From contig OY769902.1 in assembly GCA_963669175.1 (NCBI GenBank), forward strand, positions 3,968,001-4,032,000: DNA of 64,000 nt. The letters run 5' to 3'. A program made the position numbers and the translations under genes. Origin of the DNA: a bacterium. Its GTDB lineage: Bacteria; Electryoneota; Electryoneia; Electryoneales; Electryoneaceae. Positions 1-10,263 of the stretch are shown piece by piece. A model generated the notes under the pieces. That model had not been told where the DNA came from and did not search any database. It was given only the letters and a program-made list of their open reading frames with translations. Each line of letters opens with the position of its first letter. Positions within the stretch are counted from its first letter, which is position 1.

Positions 1-31
1 AGCAATGGCTCCTGTCGCGCCTGAGAACCGT

Positions 32-1078
32 TTACGCATTATTCAGAAATACTTCGCGCCCGGTACGAACGCTCTGATACAACAGGTCAACGACCTGCAT
101 CGTTTTGGCTGCGTCTTCGATGGTGGAAATGGAGGTTGTCTCACCACGAAGCGCGTAAACAAAATGCTTCAATTGAGCCTGGAAGGACGTATGATACAGT
201 TCACCGGGGCTCATCGGTTTTACCGGCGCGACATTGACCAGCTCGCCATGCATGTGCTTCCAGATGGAGAGCGGATTCAATTGCGCGGACCCCTGGGTTC
301 CTTCGATATAGCTGTAGGCGATGCTGCGTTCTGCCCGAAGCCCCCAACTGACATCGAGATGAATAGTCTGGCCATCTTCATATTCTATCACACCGTGAAG
401 AGTATCTTCTACGTTACGTTTGAGCCCTTCCTGATGTGCAAATGCGACGACTCGGCGAATGTCCGGGTATTTGAACATCCAATGCAAAAGGTCAACGAAT
501 TGAATGCCCAGATCCATCAGTACACCGCCGCCGGTGATATTGGGTTGATCCAGCCATGGGGATCGGTCCCAGGCGCTCGCCTGTTTCAACCATCCGGCTC
601 GCACACGCCAGATTTTGCCCAGTTCGCCGCCGTTGATGAAATTCCTCACAACCTCGACATCCTGACGGAAGCGGAAATTCATGGCAACCTGCACCAGTTT
701 CTGCGCCTTTTCAGCAGCAGCTTTCAGCCGAAGCACTTCTTCCAGGTTGCGGGTCGCAGGTTTTTCCAGGATCACATGCACATTGTTACGTAACGCTTCT
801 AAACCAAGAGGCAGATGCGAGATGGTTGGCGTACAAATAAACACAACGTCAGGCTCAACGGACTTGATCAGGTTTGTGGAATCAAGAAATCCGGGAACGC
901 CATACCGGTCCGCCAGTTTGCCCAGCTTATAGGGTTCTGTATCACACAGACCGACGAGCTCGATACCATTCGTTGAGGTGAGAAGCGGCAGGTGCAGCAC
1001 CTGGGCAGCGCTCCCCAATCCAATCATGCCGACACGTAATGGTCTGTCACCGGGAACAGGCTGAAAAGAAATGGCCAT
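32..1078 (-). CDS. Gfo/Idh/MocA family NAD(P)-dependent oxidoreductase
   Basis: Rossmann motif VGMIGLGSAA, 'HVILEKP' and 'GGGVLMDLGIQ'. Start moved to the ATG at 1078 (MAISFQ). Confidence 0.9.
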   Translation of the reverse strand: MAISFQPVPGDRPLRVGMIGLGSAAQVLHLPLLTSTNGIELVGLCDTEPYKLGKLADRYGVPGFLDSTNLIKSVEPDVVFICTPTISHLPLGLEALRNNVHVILEKPATRNLEEVLRLKAAAEKAQKLVQVAMNFRFRQDVEVVRNFINGGELGKIWRVRAGWLKQASAWDRSPWLDQPNITGGGVLMDLGIQFVDLLHWMFKYPDIRRVVAFAHQEGLKRNVEDTLHGVIEYEDGQTIHLDVSWGLRAERSIAYSYIEGTQGSAQLNPLSIWKHMHGELVNVAPVKPMSPGELYHTSFQAQLKHFVYALRGETTSISTIEDAAKTMQVVDLLYQSVRTGREVFLNNA

Positions 1079-1179
1079 CGTTGCACCTGTAGTTATGCAC
1101 GAACGGCCCCGAAACAATTCAGGGCCGAGTATTGGCAAATACCTTGCAAATCGTCTGCTACTATCGGACAGAAGCCCTG

Positions 1180-1593
1180 CTACTTCTTTTTACTATCCAG
1201 GTACTCCTGTAGAAATAAGGCTGCAGCCGCCCTGTCTACCAGCCCTTTGTTCCTGGAAGGTTTACGATTCAGTTGCTGAAGTTTGGTGGTAGCATCCACA
1301 CTCGAATACCGTTCATCCACCATTTCCACAGGCAGACCAAACCGTCCAACATCCAGCGCGAACTCCTTTGCATGCAAAGCGCTTGGTCCCAGATCTCCAT
1401 TCAAGTTGAACGGCAGACCAATAACAATGCGCTCGACCTCTTCATCTTCGATGATCTTCTGCAAATCTACCCACAACCGCTCACGTGGTTGCGCTGCGAG
1501 AGTAGAGTGCGGAGTCGCTAATGTGCCTGTCAGATCCGAAAGCGCAATACCGATACGCTTTCGTCCCCAGTCGAGTGCCATGGTTCTGCCCAT
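1180..1593 (-). CDS. ruvX: Holliday junction resolvase-like / pre-16S rRNA nuclease RuvX (YqgF)
   Basis: Motifs ALDWGRKRIGIALSD, VIGLP, VDERYSS, VDRAAAALFLQ. Confidence 0.95.
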   Translation of the reverse strand: MGRTMALDWGRKRIGIALSDLTGTLATPHSTLAAQPRERLWVDLQKIIEDEEVERIVIGLPFNLNGDLGPSALHAKEFALDVGRFGLPVEMVDERYSSVDATTKLQQLNRKPSRNKGLVDRAAAALFLQEYLDSKKK

Positions 1594-1621
1594 GGACCCC
1601 CCGGTTTCGCGGATGAATACC

Positions 1622-1930
1622 CTATTCGTCCAGCGGCAATTTCAGTGCTTCTTTCAGCAACTTGCCTGGCTTGAAATGGGTCTTGCGACGCGCCGGAACA
1701 TAGATGATTTCGTTGGTCTTGGGATTGCGTGCTTTCGGTTTCGGCTTTGTCTTCTTTACTTCAAAGACACCGAAGTCACGAATTTCAATACGCAACTCAA
1801 CATCATCGCCCGCCATAATTTCGCGTAAGCTGTTAAAAATTTCGTTCGTTACACGAGCGACAATTTCGGGCTTCTCACCGGTTTTTTCGGTGACCTTTTC
1901 GACCACGTCCTTCTTGATGTAGGTCTTCAT
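1622..1930 (-). CDS. HU/IHF family DNA-binding protein
   Basis: IEIRDFGVF...ARNPKT...HFKPGKLLK signature. Confidence 0.95.
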   Translation of the reverse strand: MKTYIKKDVVEKVTEKTGEKPEIVARVTNEIFNSLREIMAGDDVELRIEIRDFGVFEVKKTKPKPKARNPKTNEIIYVPARRKTHFKPGKLLKEALKLPLDE

Positions 1931-2000
1931 GAATCGAGCCTCCGGACCTCACGTTAAGTAACAGATAAAAGGCGACTACGAAAACGCATTATACAATATT

Positions 2001-4232
2001 TCATGCCACATCGGCAACGTGTACACGCTCCACTTGGACAACATTCTTAATCTTGCTGAGCCGAGTGACAACTTTCTGAACATGAGACTGACTGCGTACT
2101 TCGAGAATCATGGTGCCAATTACCAGCGCGCCTTCAACACGCAAGTGCGCTTCAATTATATTTAGGTGTTGTTTGGACAGAATAGTTGTGATGTCGCGCA
2201 ACAAATTGGGCCTGTCCTCCGCAAAAACCCTCAACCTGGTATGGAAGAACGAACCTTCCTCCACATCCCAGTCCACCTCCAACAGACCATCCTGGTTGGC
2301 TGAAAGATCGGCTATCCTGGGACATTCCGCCCTGTGGACCATGACACCACGATTCTTTGTGGTATGCCCCACGATTTTATCACCAGGTAACGGATTACAG
2401 CAGTTGGCAAACGTATATAGATAGTGCTCGCCCCCCTTCACTCGAACATTGGTGATAACACCATCTGAACCATTTGATTTGTCTTTTTTGCGGATTTTCG
2501 GCTTCTCTTCCGCTTTCTGAACCTTGCCACCCAGCTTTGAGATTATGCGTGCTGTGCTGATTTCACCGGTTCCTATCGCAGCAAAAAGAGCCTCGGTATT
2601 ATCAAAACTGAGTGAAGAATACAGTTCCGCAAGATCTTCCCGTTTGATAGTCAAATGCTGTTCTGACAGACTGCGTTCGAACAGATCCTGGCCTGTTCGT
2701 ACCGACTCTTCAAACTGTGTCTGTTTGATAAATCGTTTGATCTGAGTCCGTGCACGTGTTGTCCTGATAAAACTCAGCCATTCTACATTGGGTGTTGCGG
2801 TAGAACTGGTTAGAACTTCCACTGTGTCGCCATTATTCAGCTTTTCTGTCAGGGACACCATTCTACCGTTTACTTTTGCGCCTAAAGCATGCAAACCGAT
2901 GTCCGTGTGTACGGCGAATGCAAAATCGATCGGTCCCGATTCCTTGGGAAGCTGGATCAGTTTACCGCGAGGAGTAAAGACATAAATTTCATCAGTGAAG
3001 AGGTTAATCTTCAGGTTATTCATGAATTCTTCAGAATCAGACTCTTCCTTCGATCCTTCGATCAATTGCCTGATCCATTTATAATAATTGGACAGGTTAT
3101 CATGGCGCTGGGCCGCGCGCGTCTCCTGTCCTGGTTTTGCCTCTTTATAATGCCAGTGCGCAGCAATACCTACTTCTGCAACCAGGTTCATCTCATGGGT
3201 ACGGATCTGTACTTCCACCGTATACCCCTGCGGCGTGATTACCTTGGTATGCAGCGACTGGTAGCCATTCCCCTTGGGCATGGCGATATAATCTGAGAAC
3301 CTCTCGATAATCGGGGTAAACATGCTGTGGACAATGCCAAGGGTCTGGTAGCATTGCGGAATCGTATCAACTGTAATTCGAACAGCCAGGAGATCCAGGA
3401 TTTCTTCGAAGCTTTTCCCACGACGGCGGATTTTATTGTAAATACTATAAAAATGTTTGGCTCTACCGTAGACTTCAGCCTGAATACCGTCAGCCTTCAG
3501 ACGTTCTTTTGAAGGTTCAACTACCGCCTCAAGCGCCTTTTCCCGTTCTTCCAGCTTCATCGCGACACGTTCCGCAATACGGCGATAAGCAACCGGGTCC
3601 AACACTTTCAGCGCATGATCTTCCAGCTCCCAGCGGATGCGTCCGATACCGAAACGGTGCGCCAAGGGCGCATAAATATCAAGGGTTTCCTGTGCGATTC
3701 GCTTCTGGGATCGTGCAGGCATGACATCGATAGTACGCATGTTATGCAACCGGTCAGCCAGCTTGATCAGGATAACGCGCAGGTCATGCGCCATGGAAAG
3801 CAGCATCTTGCGGAAGTATTCCGCCTGACGCTCTTCATTACTTCGAGTATCATAACGCAGAGATGATAGTTTGGTCATTCCCTCTACCAGCAGGGCGACC
3901 ACAGGACCGAACTCCCGTGCAACCTCTTCCAGGGAAATCCCGGTATCTTCAATAACATCGTGCAGTAATGCGCCGGTAAGTGTTACCGTATCAACATTCA
4001 GTTCCGCCAGTATTCCCATCACTTCCAGCGGATGTGTGATATAGGGATCACCGCTTAACCGGGTTTGGGCATGATGGGCGCGACAGGCAAAAGTAAACGC
4101 ACGTGTCAGACCGCCGATCTGCTTTTCGGTCAACGGGTCTTTTCTCGATTGAAGAATCTCATCGAACCGTTCCTGCAATTCCGGTTCGATCTCGAGTACA
4201 TCAACTTCTTGTCCCTGGCCGGTGCTTGTCAT
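2001..4232 (-). CDS. spoT: Bifunctional (p)ppGpp synthetase/hydrolase RelA/SpoT
   Basis: HD hydrolase (LLHDVIED), synthetase (YQSLHT, EVQIRT), TGS, CCNPLPGD and ACT domains. The ATG at 4232 overlaps the dnaB stop (TGATG). Confidence 0.95.
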   Translation of the reverse strand: MTSTGQGQEVDVLEIEPELQERFDEILQSRKDPLTEKQIGGLTRAFTFACRAHHAQTRLSGDPYITHPLEVMGILAELNVDTVTLTGALLHDVIEDTGISLEEVAREFGPVVALLVEGMTKLSSLRYDTRSNEERQAEYFRKMLLSMAHDLRVILIKLADRLHNMRTIDVMPARSQKRIAQETLDIYAPLAHRFGIGRIRWELEDHALKVLDPVAYRRIAERVAMKLEEREKALEAVVEPSKERLKADGIQAEVYGRAKHFYSIYNKIRRRGKSFEEILDLLAVRITVDTIPQCYQTLGIVHSMFTPIIERFSDYIAMPKGNGYQSLHTKVITPQGYTVEVQIRTHEMNLVAEVGIAAHWHYKEAKPGQETRAAQRHDNLSNYYKWIRQLIEGSKEESDSEEFMNNLKINLFTDEIYVFTPRGKLIQLPKESGPIDFAFAVHTDIGLHALGAKVNGRMVSLTEKLNNGDTVEVLTSSTATPNVEWLSFIRTTRARTQIKRFIKQTQFEESVRTGQDLFERSLSEQHLTIKREDLAELYSSLSFDNTEALFAAIGTGEISTARIISKLGGKVQKAEEKPKIRKKDKSNGSDGVITNVRVKGGEHYLYTFANCCNPLPGDKIVGHTTKNRGVMVHRAECPRIADLSANQDGLLEVDWDVEEGSFFHTRLRVFAEDRPNLLRDITTILSKQHLNIIEAHLRVEGALVIGTMILEVRSQSHVQKVVTRLSKIKNVVQVERVHVADVA

Positions 4233-5650
4233 CAGAACGGTGCCGCCTCCGGTTCCTGCAATTGACGTTCCTTCTCGTGGAACAAGGTGCACTGATCCAG
4301 GAACACCAGTTCCACTGACCCGGTTGGGCCATTACGTTGTTTACCGATAATGACTTCTGCTGTGTTATCGGGTATGTAATCATCCTGACGGGTTTTCCCT
4401 TCAAGACGGTCATAATATGATTGACGATACACAAACATGACAACATCCGCGTCCTGTTCGATTGCACCACTGTCACGCAAATCGGACAGGATCGGTTTCT
4501 TGCTGCCTCCCCGGGTCTCTACAGCTCGGCTCAACTGGCTGAGTGCGATAACCGGAAGCTCAAGGTCTTTTGCCAATCCCTTTAACTGGCGACTGACTGA
4601 CGCAATAAACTGCTGCTGGCTTTCTGCACGATCCGTAGGCTGCATCAACTGCAAGTAGTCAAGAACCAGCATACCTACGTTATGCTGCATTTTCAAGCGA
4701 CGCGCCCGGGCACGTACATCCACAATGCTCTGTGCTGACGATTCATCAATAAAAATCGGATATTCAGACAAACGGGAACAGGCATGCGAAATCTGCCCGA
4801 CCTCTTCCTGCGACACCTTCCCATTACGAATCTTGCCCAACGCCATTTTCGTTTCGAAGGCGATCAAACGCATGGCAATCTGCTTGGCGTTCATTTCCAG
4901 GGAGATAATCCCGACCGGAACCTTGTGCAACCGGGCCGCATTCCAAGCAAAACTCAACGCCAGCGCTGTTTTTCCCATCGATGGACGTGCAGCAAGAATC
5001 ACAAGATCCGAAGGCTGAAAACCGCCGGTCATGCCGTCCAGTTCACGATATCCGGACCCCACACCGGTAAGCGCACCCTTACGCTTGCTGAGCGCTTCGA
5101 TATCGGTAAGAGTGTCCTTCATTACTGAATACAACTCTTTGTATCCAGCACGTTCATTGGACTGCTGCAGCTTGAACAATTGCTCAAGGCTGGTCTCAAT
5201 CAGGTTGGCCGGTTCAGTTGACGGCTCCAGCGATTTCGAGCCGATCTCCTCGCCAACATCACGTAATGTACGAAGTAAATACTTGTCCTGTATGATCTTT
5301 GCATAGTATTCGATGTTGCTGGGGAATGGGACGGCGCCGGTCAATTCAGACAAATAATAATAGCCGCCAATCTGTTCCAGCTTCTCTTCCGACTTCAGCG
5401 CCTTGGCAACAGTAACAGCGTCAATCGGTTCGTTATCATTGAACAGTTTGAGCATGGCCTTGAAAATTTCACCATGCTTTTTCCAGTAAAAGGACTCCGC
5501 ACGAACAAACTGCCATACCTTCGCAAGCGCGTTGGTATCCAGCATAACCGCGCCCAGAACTGCCTGTTCAGCCTGTAAATCACTGGGCGGAATCCGCCCG
5601 CCAGCATCTGAGTCTCTCGTGGCCGCTTGCTTTTCTGCAGTTTCGTTCAT
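4232..5650 (-). CDS. dnaB: Replicative DNA helicase
   Basis: AARPSMGKT Walker A, DYLQLM, SDLRDSGAIEQDAD, KQRNGPTG. Confidence 0.98.
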   Translation of the reverse strand: MNETAEKQAATRDSDAGGRIPPSDLQAEQAVLGAVMLDTNALAKVWQFVRAESFYWKKHGEIFKAMLKLFNDNEPIDAVTVAKALKSEEKLEQIGGYYYLSELTGAVPFPSNIEYYAKIIQDKYLLRTLRDVGEEIGSKSLEPSTEPANLIETSLEQLFKLQQSNERAGYKELYSVMKDTLTDIEALSKRKGALTGVGSGYRELDGMTGGFQPSDLVILAARPSMGKTALALSFAWNAARLHKVPVGIISLEMNAKQIAMRLIAFETKMALGKIRNGKVSQEEVGQISHACSRLSEYPIFIDESSAQSIVDVRARARRLKMQHNVGMLVLDYLQLMQPTDRAESQQQFIASVSRQLKGLAKDLELPVIALSQLSRAVETRGGSKKPILSDLRDSGAIEQDADVVMFVYRQSYYDRLEGKTRQDDYIPDNTAEVIIGKQRNGPTGSVELVFLDQCTLFHEKERQLQEPEAAPF

Positions 5651-5747
5651 GCTACCTGTTCTTGAAGAAGCCCTACGTGAATATACTCACTCCAACTTCG
5701 AAAAACCTTACCTCGCTATCATCCATTCCCTTAGATGAGCTATGTAT

Positions 5748-6599
5748 CTAACTGAGGTCATCAAGGTATTTTTTCACAGCCTGTACATCTTCCCAGGTCG
5801 GGTGTTTCCATTTGGGATTTCGCAATAATGCGGCCGGGTGATAAGTTACCATTAGCCCGACACCGTGATAGTCATGCACCTTCCCGCGCAAGGAAGTTAA
5901 AGATTCGGAAGTTCGTAAAAGTGTCTGTGCGGAAATACGCCCCAACGCAAGGATAAGCTTGGGCTGGAGTAACTGCAATTGTTTTACCAGGTGCGGCTCA
6001 CATTGTTCTACTTCTGATGGCTGTGGATCACGATTATTCGGTGGACGGCATTTCAGGATATTGCAGATAAAGACATCTTCGCCACGTTTCAGATCAATCG
6101 CTGCAAGGATTTTATCCAGCAGTTGCCCGGCTCGGCCGACAAACGGTTCACCTTTTTTATCCTCTTCCGCCCCCGGCGCTTCACCAACAAGCACCAATCG
6201 TGCTTTCGGATCGCCGGCTCCAAAAACAAACTCGTTTCTGGTTTTTCCAAGCGGACACTTTTCACATCTATGAATAGCGTTTCGGAAAGAATCAAGGTCA
6301 GTGTATGCCGGGAATGGATCTTCGATTTCGCCGGGCACAGGTACTACCGGTTCCGGTTCAGGCGCTCCGCGTGACCAATCCTGGGACGCTTGCATCGGGC
6401 TTTGCTCCCTGTTAGAAGCCATTGTTTCGGGTTGTAGTGGAACCTTATCGACAGCATTCATTGGTTCTGCAGGCGCTTCTGCTTCAGGTTCCGGCTGCGG
6501 GGCTGTCTCCACAAGGTTCCCGGGTGGCGCTACCCATAACCGTGAACGATGCTGCGCCTGTTGCGCAAGAAAACGCTTTGCGTCGTTTTCGATACTCAT
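5748..6599 (-). CDS. Uracil-DNA glycosylase family 4 (Fe-S) with Pro/Glu-rich N-terminal extension
   Basis: [35 protein letters not shown]. Confidence 0.95.
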   Translation of the reverse strand: MSIENDAKRFLAQQAQHRSRLWVAPPGNLVETAPQPEPEAEAPAEPMNAVDKVPLQPETMASNREQSPMQASQDWSRGAPEPEPVVPVPGEIEDPFPAYTDLDSFRNAIHRCEKCPLGKTRNEFVFGAGDPKARLVLVGEAPGAEEDKKGEPFVGRAGQLLDKILAAIDLKRGEDVFICNILKCRPPNNRDPQPSEVEQCEPHLVKQLQLLQPKLILALGRISAQTLLRTSESLTSLRGKVHDYHGVGLMVTYHPAALLRNPKWKHPTWEDVQAVKKYLDDLS

Positions 6600-6614
6600 C
6601 CCCTGCCCGTACCT

Positions 6615-7829
6615 TTATCTGTTCCAGCCCACGACCTGTTGAAACACCCATTTCGCCAGCGCTGATTTTGGCTGTCGTCCACTGGGCGCCGCATTGTCTT
6701 TTGTAATCCAGTAAAATTCAGAGTCCTGGCTGCCCATGGCATCCAGTGTATTCAGCAGGATTGCATCTACTCCCTTGTCCTGCAGCTTTTTATTGGCTTT
6801 TTCCTGATCGAAGGATTCCTGCAATGCGAATGCGACTTTCAGCCCTTTGCACAATGGGGCGGTTGTAGCTGCAACATCAGGATTCTCTTCAAGGATGATC
6901 GAAGGCGGTTGCCCCTTTTTCCGTTCAGCCTTGCCATCAGCCAACGGTACAGGACGCCAGTCAGACACTGCGGCAGCGTAAAGCACAACGTCCGCTTCCG
7001 AAACAACTTTCCGGCAGGCATCAAGCAGTTGCAACGCTGTCTGAATCTTCACGGTATCCACACCGTGAGGAATGCCTACGTCCACTGCGCCATGGACCAG
7101 CGTAACACGCGCACCCAGCCTGACAGCTTCTTCTGCCAGCGCAACGCCCATCCGGCCGCTGCTTCGGTTGGTTAAAAACCGTACTGCGTCAATCGGCTCT
7201 TCTGTCCGTCCAGCTGTAATAACAACATGTTTGCCGGATAAAGGTCTATCCTTTGGTTCATTCAATCTGACGAGCTGATCCACGATAAACTCAGGTTCGC
7301 TCATCCGTCCCACACCCGGCTTTTCATCCGGTGCAGCCATCGCGCCGGATTCCGGTCCGATGAAGTTTATTCCACGATTCTTCAGGATATCCAGGTTGGC
7401 TTGCGTTGCAGCGTTCAAGTACATGCTGCTGTTCATGGCAGGCGCAACAGTTACCGGGCATGTGGCAGCGATAAGCGCAGTCGTAGCCAGGTCATCGGCA
7501 ATACCATGCGCCATTTTGGCCAACAGGTCAGCCGTGGCGGGCGCCACCAGGATATGATCAGCCCAATGCGGGTATTCAAGATGATCTACATCAGGCAAAC
7601 CCGCATCGGAAAACATCTCCAAGCCCACTCTCTGACCTGAAATAGCGGCAAAAGTTGTGGGATGGACAAAAAAAGTGCCCGCATGGGTCATGATGACACG
7701 GACACTTGCACCGTGTTTCATGATCCGACGGACAACATCAACAACTTTATAAGCGGCGATTCCACCACCGACGATTACCAGGATGCGTCTACCGTCCAGT
7801 CTTCTTGACTTTACGGCAGAATCATTCAT
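6615..7829 (-). CDS. coaBC: Phosphopantothenoylcysteine decarboxylase/ligase CoaBC
   Basis: GGIAAYK, APATAD, PAMN, TAGRTEEPIDAVRFLTNRSSGRMG. Confidence 0.97.
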   Translation of the reverse strand: MNDSAVKSRRLDGRRILVIVGGGIAAYKVVDVVRRIMKHGASVRVIMTHAGTFFVHPTTFAAISGQRVGLEMFSDAGLPDVDHLEYPHWADHILVAPATADLLAKMAHGIADDLATTALIAATCPVTVAPAMNSSMYLNAATQANLDILKNRGINFIGPESGAMAAPDEKPGVGRMSEPEFIVDQLVRLNEPKDRPLSGKHVVITAGRTEEPIDAVRFLTNRSSGRMGVALAEEAVRLGARVTLVHGAVDVGIPHGVDTVKIQTALQLLDACRKVVSEADVVLYAAAVSDWRPVPLADGKAERKKGQPPSIILEENPDVAATTAPLCKGLKVAFALQESFDQEKANKKLQDKGVDAILLNTLDAMGSQDSEFYWITKDNAAPSGRQPKSALAKWVFQQVVGWNR

Positions 7830-8229
7830 CCTCAGCTTGGTCCGGTTCGTCCTTTGTGATCTCTTCCAGCATGGACAGGTCTAGCCGTGGCGGGAAAGGA
7901 ATACCGAAATCGTTATCTTCCTTTTCCTCTGGCTTTTCTTCCGGTCTGATCACGGTAAGTTTTTCTGCCAGCATTTCACGAAGTGCGAGAACTGTCGGTT
8001 TTTCGAACTGAAGGACGGGCTCGTGCAGGACCGGGTTATCCTCGATCATCCCGGCGTCTTCACCTTCCTCAAACTTCTCCATCATCTCGACAGAGCTGAG
8101 GTAATTGTCCATCTCCTTGCGATGGGCTTCGCCGATTTGGCGCGCACGCTTCGCGATAACCATAATCGCCTGGTAGATATTCTGTGTGTCATGAATAAAA
8201 TCTTCAGCGAGAAACATTTCGTGACTCAC
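7822..8229 (-). CDS. rpoZ: RNA polymerase omega subunit (FCB-type)
   Basis: NIYQAIMVIAKRARQI...KPTVLALRE, in the conserved gmk-rpoZ-coaBC order. Confidence 0.9.
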   Translation of the reverse strand: MSHEMFLAEDFIHDTQNIYQAIMVIAKRARQIGEAHRKEMDNYLSSVEMMEKFEEGEDAGMIEDNPVLHEPVLQFEKPTVLALREMLAEKLTVIRPEEKPEEKEDNDFGIPFPPRLDLSMLEEITKDEPDQAEDE

Positions 8230-8822
8230 CCTGCACCTCCTTCGTTCAAGTAAGCGTCGACGATAGACACTACTTCCGCCGCCGCCCTATCCAGATCGTC
8301 ATTCATGACGATCCGATCAAAACGATCCGCTTTGGACCGTTCAAACGCGTATCGTTGCATACGTTTCTCGAGCTCTTCGTCCGATTCACGCTTGCGAGTG
8401 GTTAAACGTCTTCGAAGCTCCTCTACCGAGGGGACATCGATATATAACAGCAACGACTGCGGGTACAGCCGCTTCAGCGACAATGCCCCCAGCACATCTA
8501 CATCAAACAGGACTACGTAACCTTCATCCAACAATTGGTTTATACGTGATTTCCGTGTCCCATACCGCCAGCCATGCACATCTTCATGTTCAACAAAATC
8601 ATTCAGCTCGATCTGGCGTTCAAATTCTTCCGGCGATAGAAAATCATAGTCAACACCGTCAACTTCGCCCTGACGTTGGGGGCGAGTTGTTGAGGATACG
8701 GAAAACCGAAGCCGCTCCCCGAAATGATCCAGAACACGATGCGCAATCGTAGTCTTCCCTGCCCCGGAAGGCGCAGCAAAAACGATCAATTTATAGGTTT
8801 TTCCTGTGTCCTTTGTGGACAT
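8226..8822 (-). CDS. gmk: Guanylate kinase
   Basis: APSGAGKTT, SVSSTTRPQRQGEVDGVDY, YGT. Confidence 0.97.
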   Translation of the reverse strand: MSTKDTGKTYKLIVFAAPSGAGKTTIAHRVLDHFGERLRFSVSSTTRPQRQGEVDGVDYDFLSPEEFERQIELNDFVEHEDVHGWRYGTRKSRINQLLDEGYVVLFDVDVLGALSLKRLYPQSLLLYIDVPSVEELRRRLTTRKRESDEELEKRMQRYAFERSKADRFDRIVMNDDLDRAAAEVVSIVDAYLNEGGAG

Positions 8823-8844
8823 AGTTTACAATCCAATGTTCAAA

Positions 8845-9723
8845 TCAGGCGATGTTCTGAACCTGCTCGCGCATCTTTTCCAGTTCTTCTTTACAGTCTA
8901 CGACCCAAGTGGAAATTTCCGGATCAGCGGCTTTTGATCCCATTGTATTGATTTCACGGTTCATCTCCTGGAGCAGGAAATTCAACCGTTTTCCCACCGC
9001 AGCGCCATTGGACAAAGCCTCGGTGAACTGTTTCACATGACTGCGCATCCGAACCACTTCTTCTGTGATATCAATACGGTCAATCATGAAAACTACTTCC
9101 TGCTCCAACCGGGCCGGATCTATCTGTTCCGAAGGAATGTAACGGTCAATCCGCTCCTTCAGACGCTCCAGCAACGCAGTACGATTCTCGGCTGCACGTG
9201 TTTCAATTGAATCAACACGCTGGGAGATGGCTTCCAGGCGCTCATTGATATCTTTCGCCAGGTGCTCACCTTCCACACGAGCTGTGGTCAGGAATTCGTC
9301 CAACGCCAGCTTCAGCCCTTTTAACGCAAGCTTCTGCCTGCGATCATTGAGCTCTTCATTCTCGGCAGGCGCCATCTGGTCGAGGAGTGAAAGCAGATCC
9401 GAAAGCTTCAAATCATCTTCCAGACCTGACGTTTCTCCCAGTTTCCTGATACTGCCAACAAACTCGTGCAACGCCGCTTCATCAATACGATAAAATGCGT
9501 TGCTGCCGATCTCACGTGGTTCATTGATATGAACCAGCACTTTGCCCCGGTCAATCTTTGACTTGACCAGGTTGCGAAGATCGTTCTCTATGGCGTTTAA
9601 TGTCCGGGGCGTACGAATATTGATCTCGAGAAAACGGCTGTTCACCGAGCGTACTTCCACGCTAAGTTTCAGCGGATCGTCCTCGACTTCCGCACGTCCA
9701 AAACCAGTCTGACTTGCAATCAT
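8845..9723 (-). CDS. yicC: YicC/YloC family endoribonuclease
   Basis: MIASQTGFGR, SVNSRFL, GKRLNFLLQEMNREINTMGSK, REQVQNI. Start at 9723. Confidence 0.95.
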   Translation of the reverse strand: MIASQTGFGRAEVEDDPLKLSVEVRSVNSRFLEINIRTPRTLNAIENDLRNLVKSKIDRGKVLVHINEPREIGSNAFYRIDEAALHEFVGSIRKLGETSGLEDDLKLSDLLSLLDQMAPAENEELNDRRQKLALKGLKLALDEFLTTARVEGEHLAKDINERLEAISQRVDSIETRAAENRTALLERLKERIDRYIPSEQIDPARLEQEVVFMIDRIDITEEVVRMRSHVKQFTEALSNGAAVGKRLNFLLQEMNREINTMGSKAADPEISTWVVDCKEELEKMREQVQNIA

Positions 9724-10106
9724 GTTCGTTCCTCTAAAGCCTAATAGTGTATAATGACTACGCTTGGAAAGCAATACTTAATTCTCTAGAGAACAGGAGC
9801 CTGAGTCAACTCTCAACTCCTGAATCCCGGACTACAGGGATGAATGTTTCTGTAGCATTTCGCACGCAATATCTTTCTGTATTGTAGCAGAATAATACTC
9901 TTAGACATGCTTTTTGCTAAAAATGTTTTCGCCTTCATAGCCCCAAGTGGATGTGTCCCCATAGAACACTTATATCCCCCAAGGGGGACAACAACAAAGA
10001 AAGCTTGAATTAATAGCTATTTATCTCGCTGATTCTGTCTACATTTTTCCTGCCAATTCTGTAAACCAGGAAACATCATGTCTTCCTGACAGCAGTAGAC
10101 TCTTTA

Positions 10107-10122
10107 TGGCATATGAATTGCA
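10107..10122 (+). promoter_or_regulatory. Putative sigma-54 (-24/-12) promoter
   Basis: TGGCATATGAATTGCA, i.e. GG-N10-GC with TGGCA and TTGCA, in an intergenic region. Confidence 0.7.
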
Positions 10123-10132
10123 AAATGATTAA

Positions 10133-10262
10133 GCAAGTTCTTACACAATCGCTGTTATTTGTTGCATCCCCTACGCTCGAGAACGGAAGCGTTCGCGTCA
10201 TGAGTTGAACCGGCTCCGGCTCATGCCCCCCTTCTTCCCTCTCGAACGTAGGGATTTTTTTC
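10133..10262 (+). ncRNA. Candidate sigma-54-dependent small RNA with ~90-nt rod hairpin and U-tail
   Basis: Follows the -24/-12 motif. Long imperfect stem 10166-10255 (atccc(c)tacg/cgtagggat, tcgaga/tctcga, ggaag/cttcc, catgag/ctcatg) is followed by a T7 run. No credible ORF. Confidence 0.55.
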
Positions 10263-10263
10263 T

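Noticed and set aside
5-793. 262-aa + strand ORF and other long antisense ORFs (e.g. 45546-46376, 55956-56708, 58452-59120)
   Set aside because: These are shadow frames of well-supported genes on the opposite strand.
1132-1148. Sigma-54-like motif TTGGCAAATACCTTGCA on the + strand
   Set aside because: It points antisense into ruvX with no downstream gene or terminated RNA, so it cannot be distinguished from chance.
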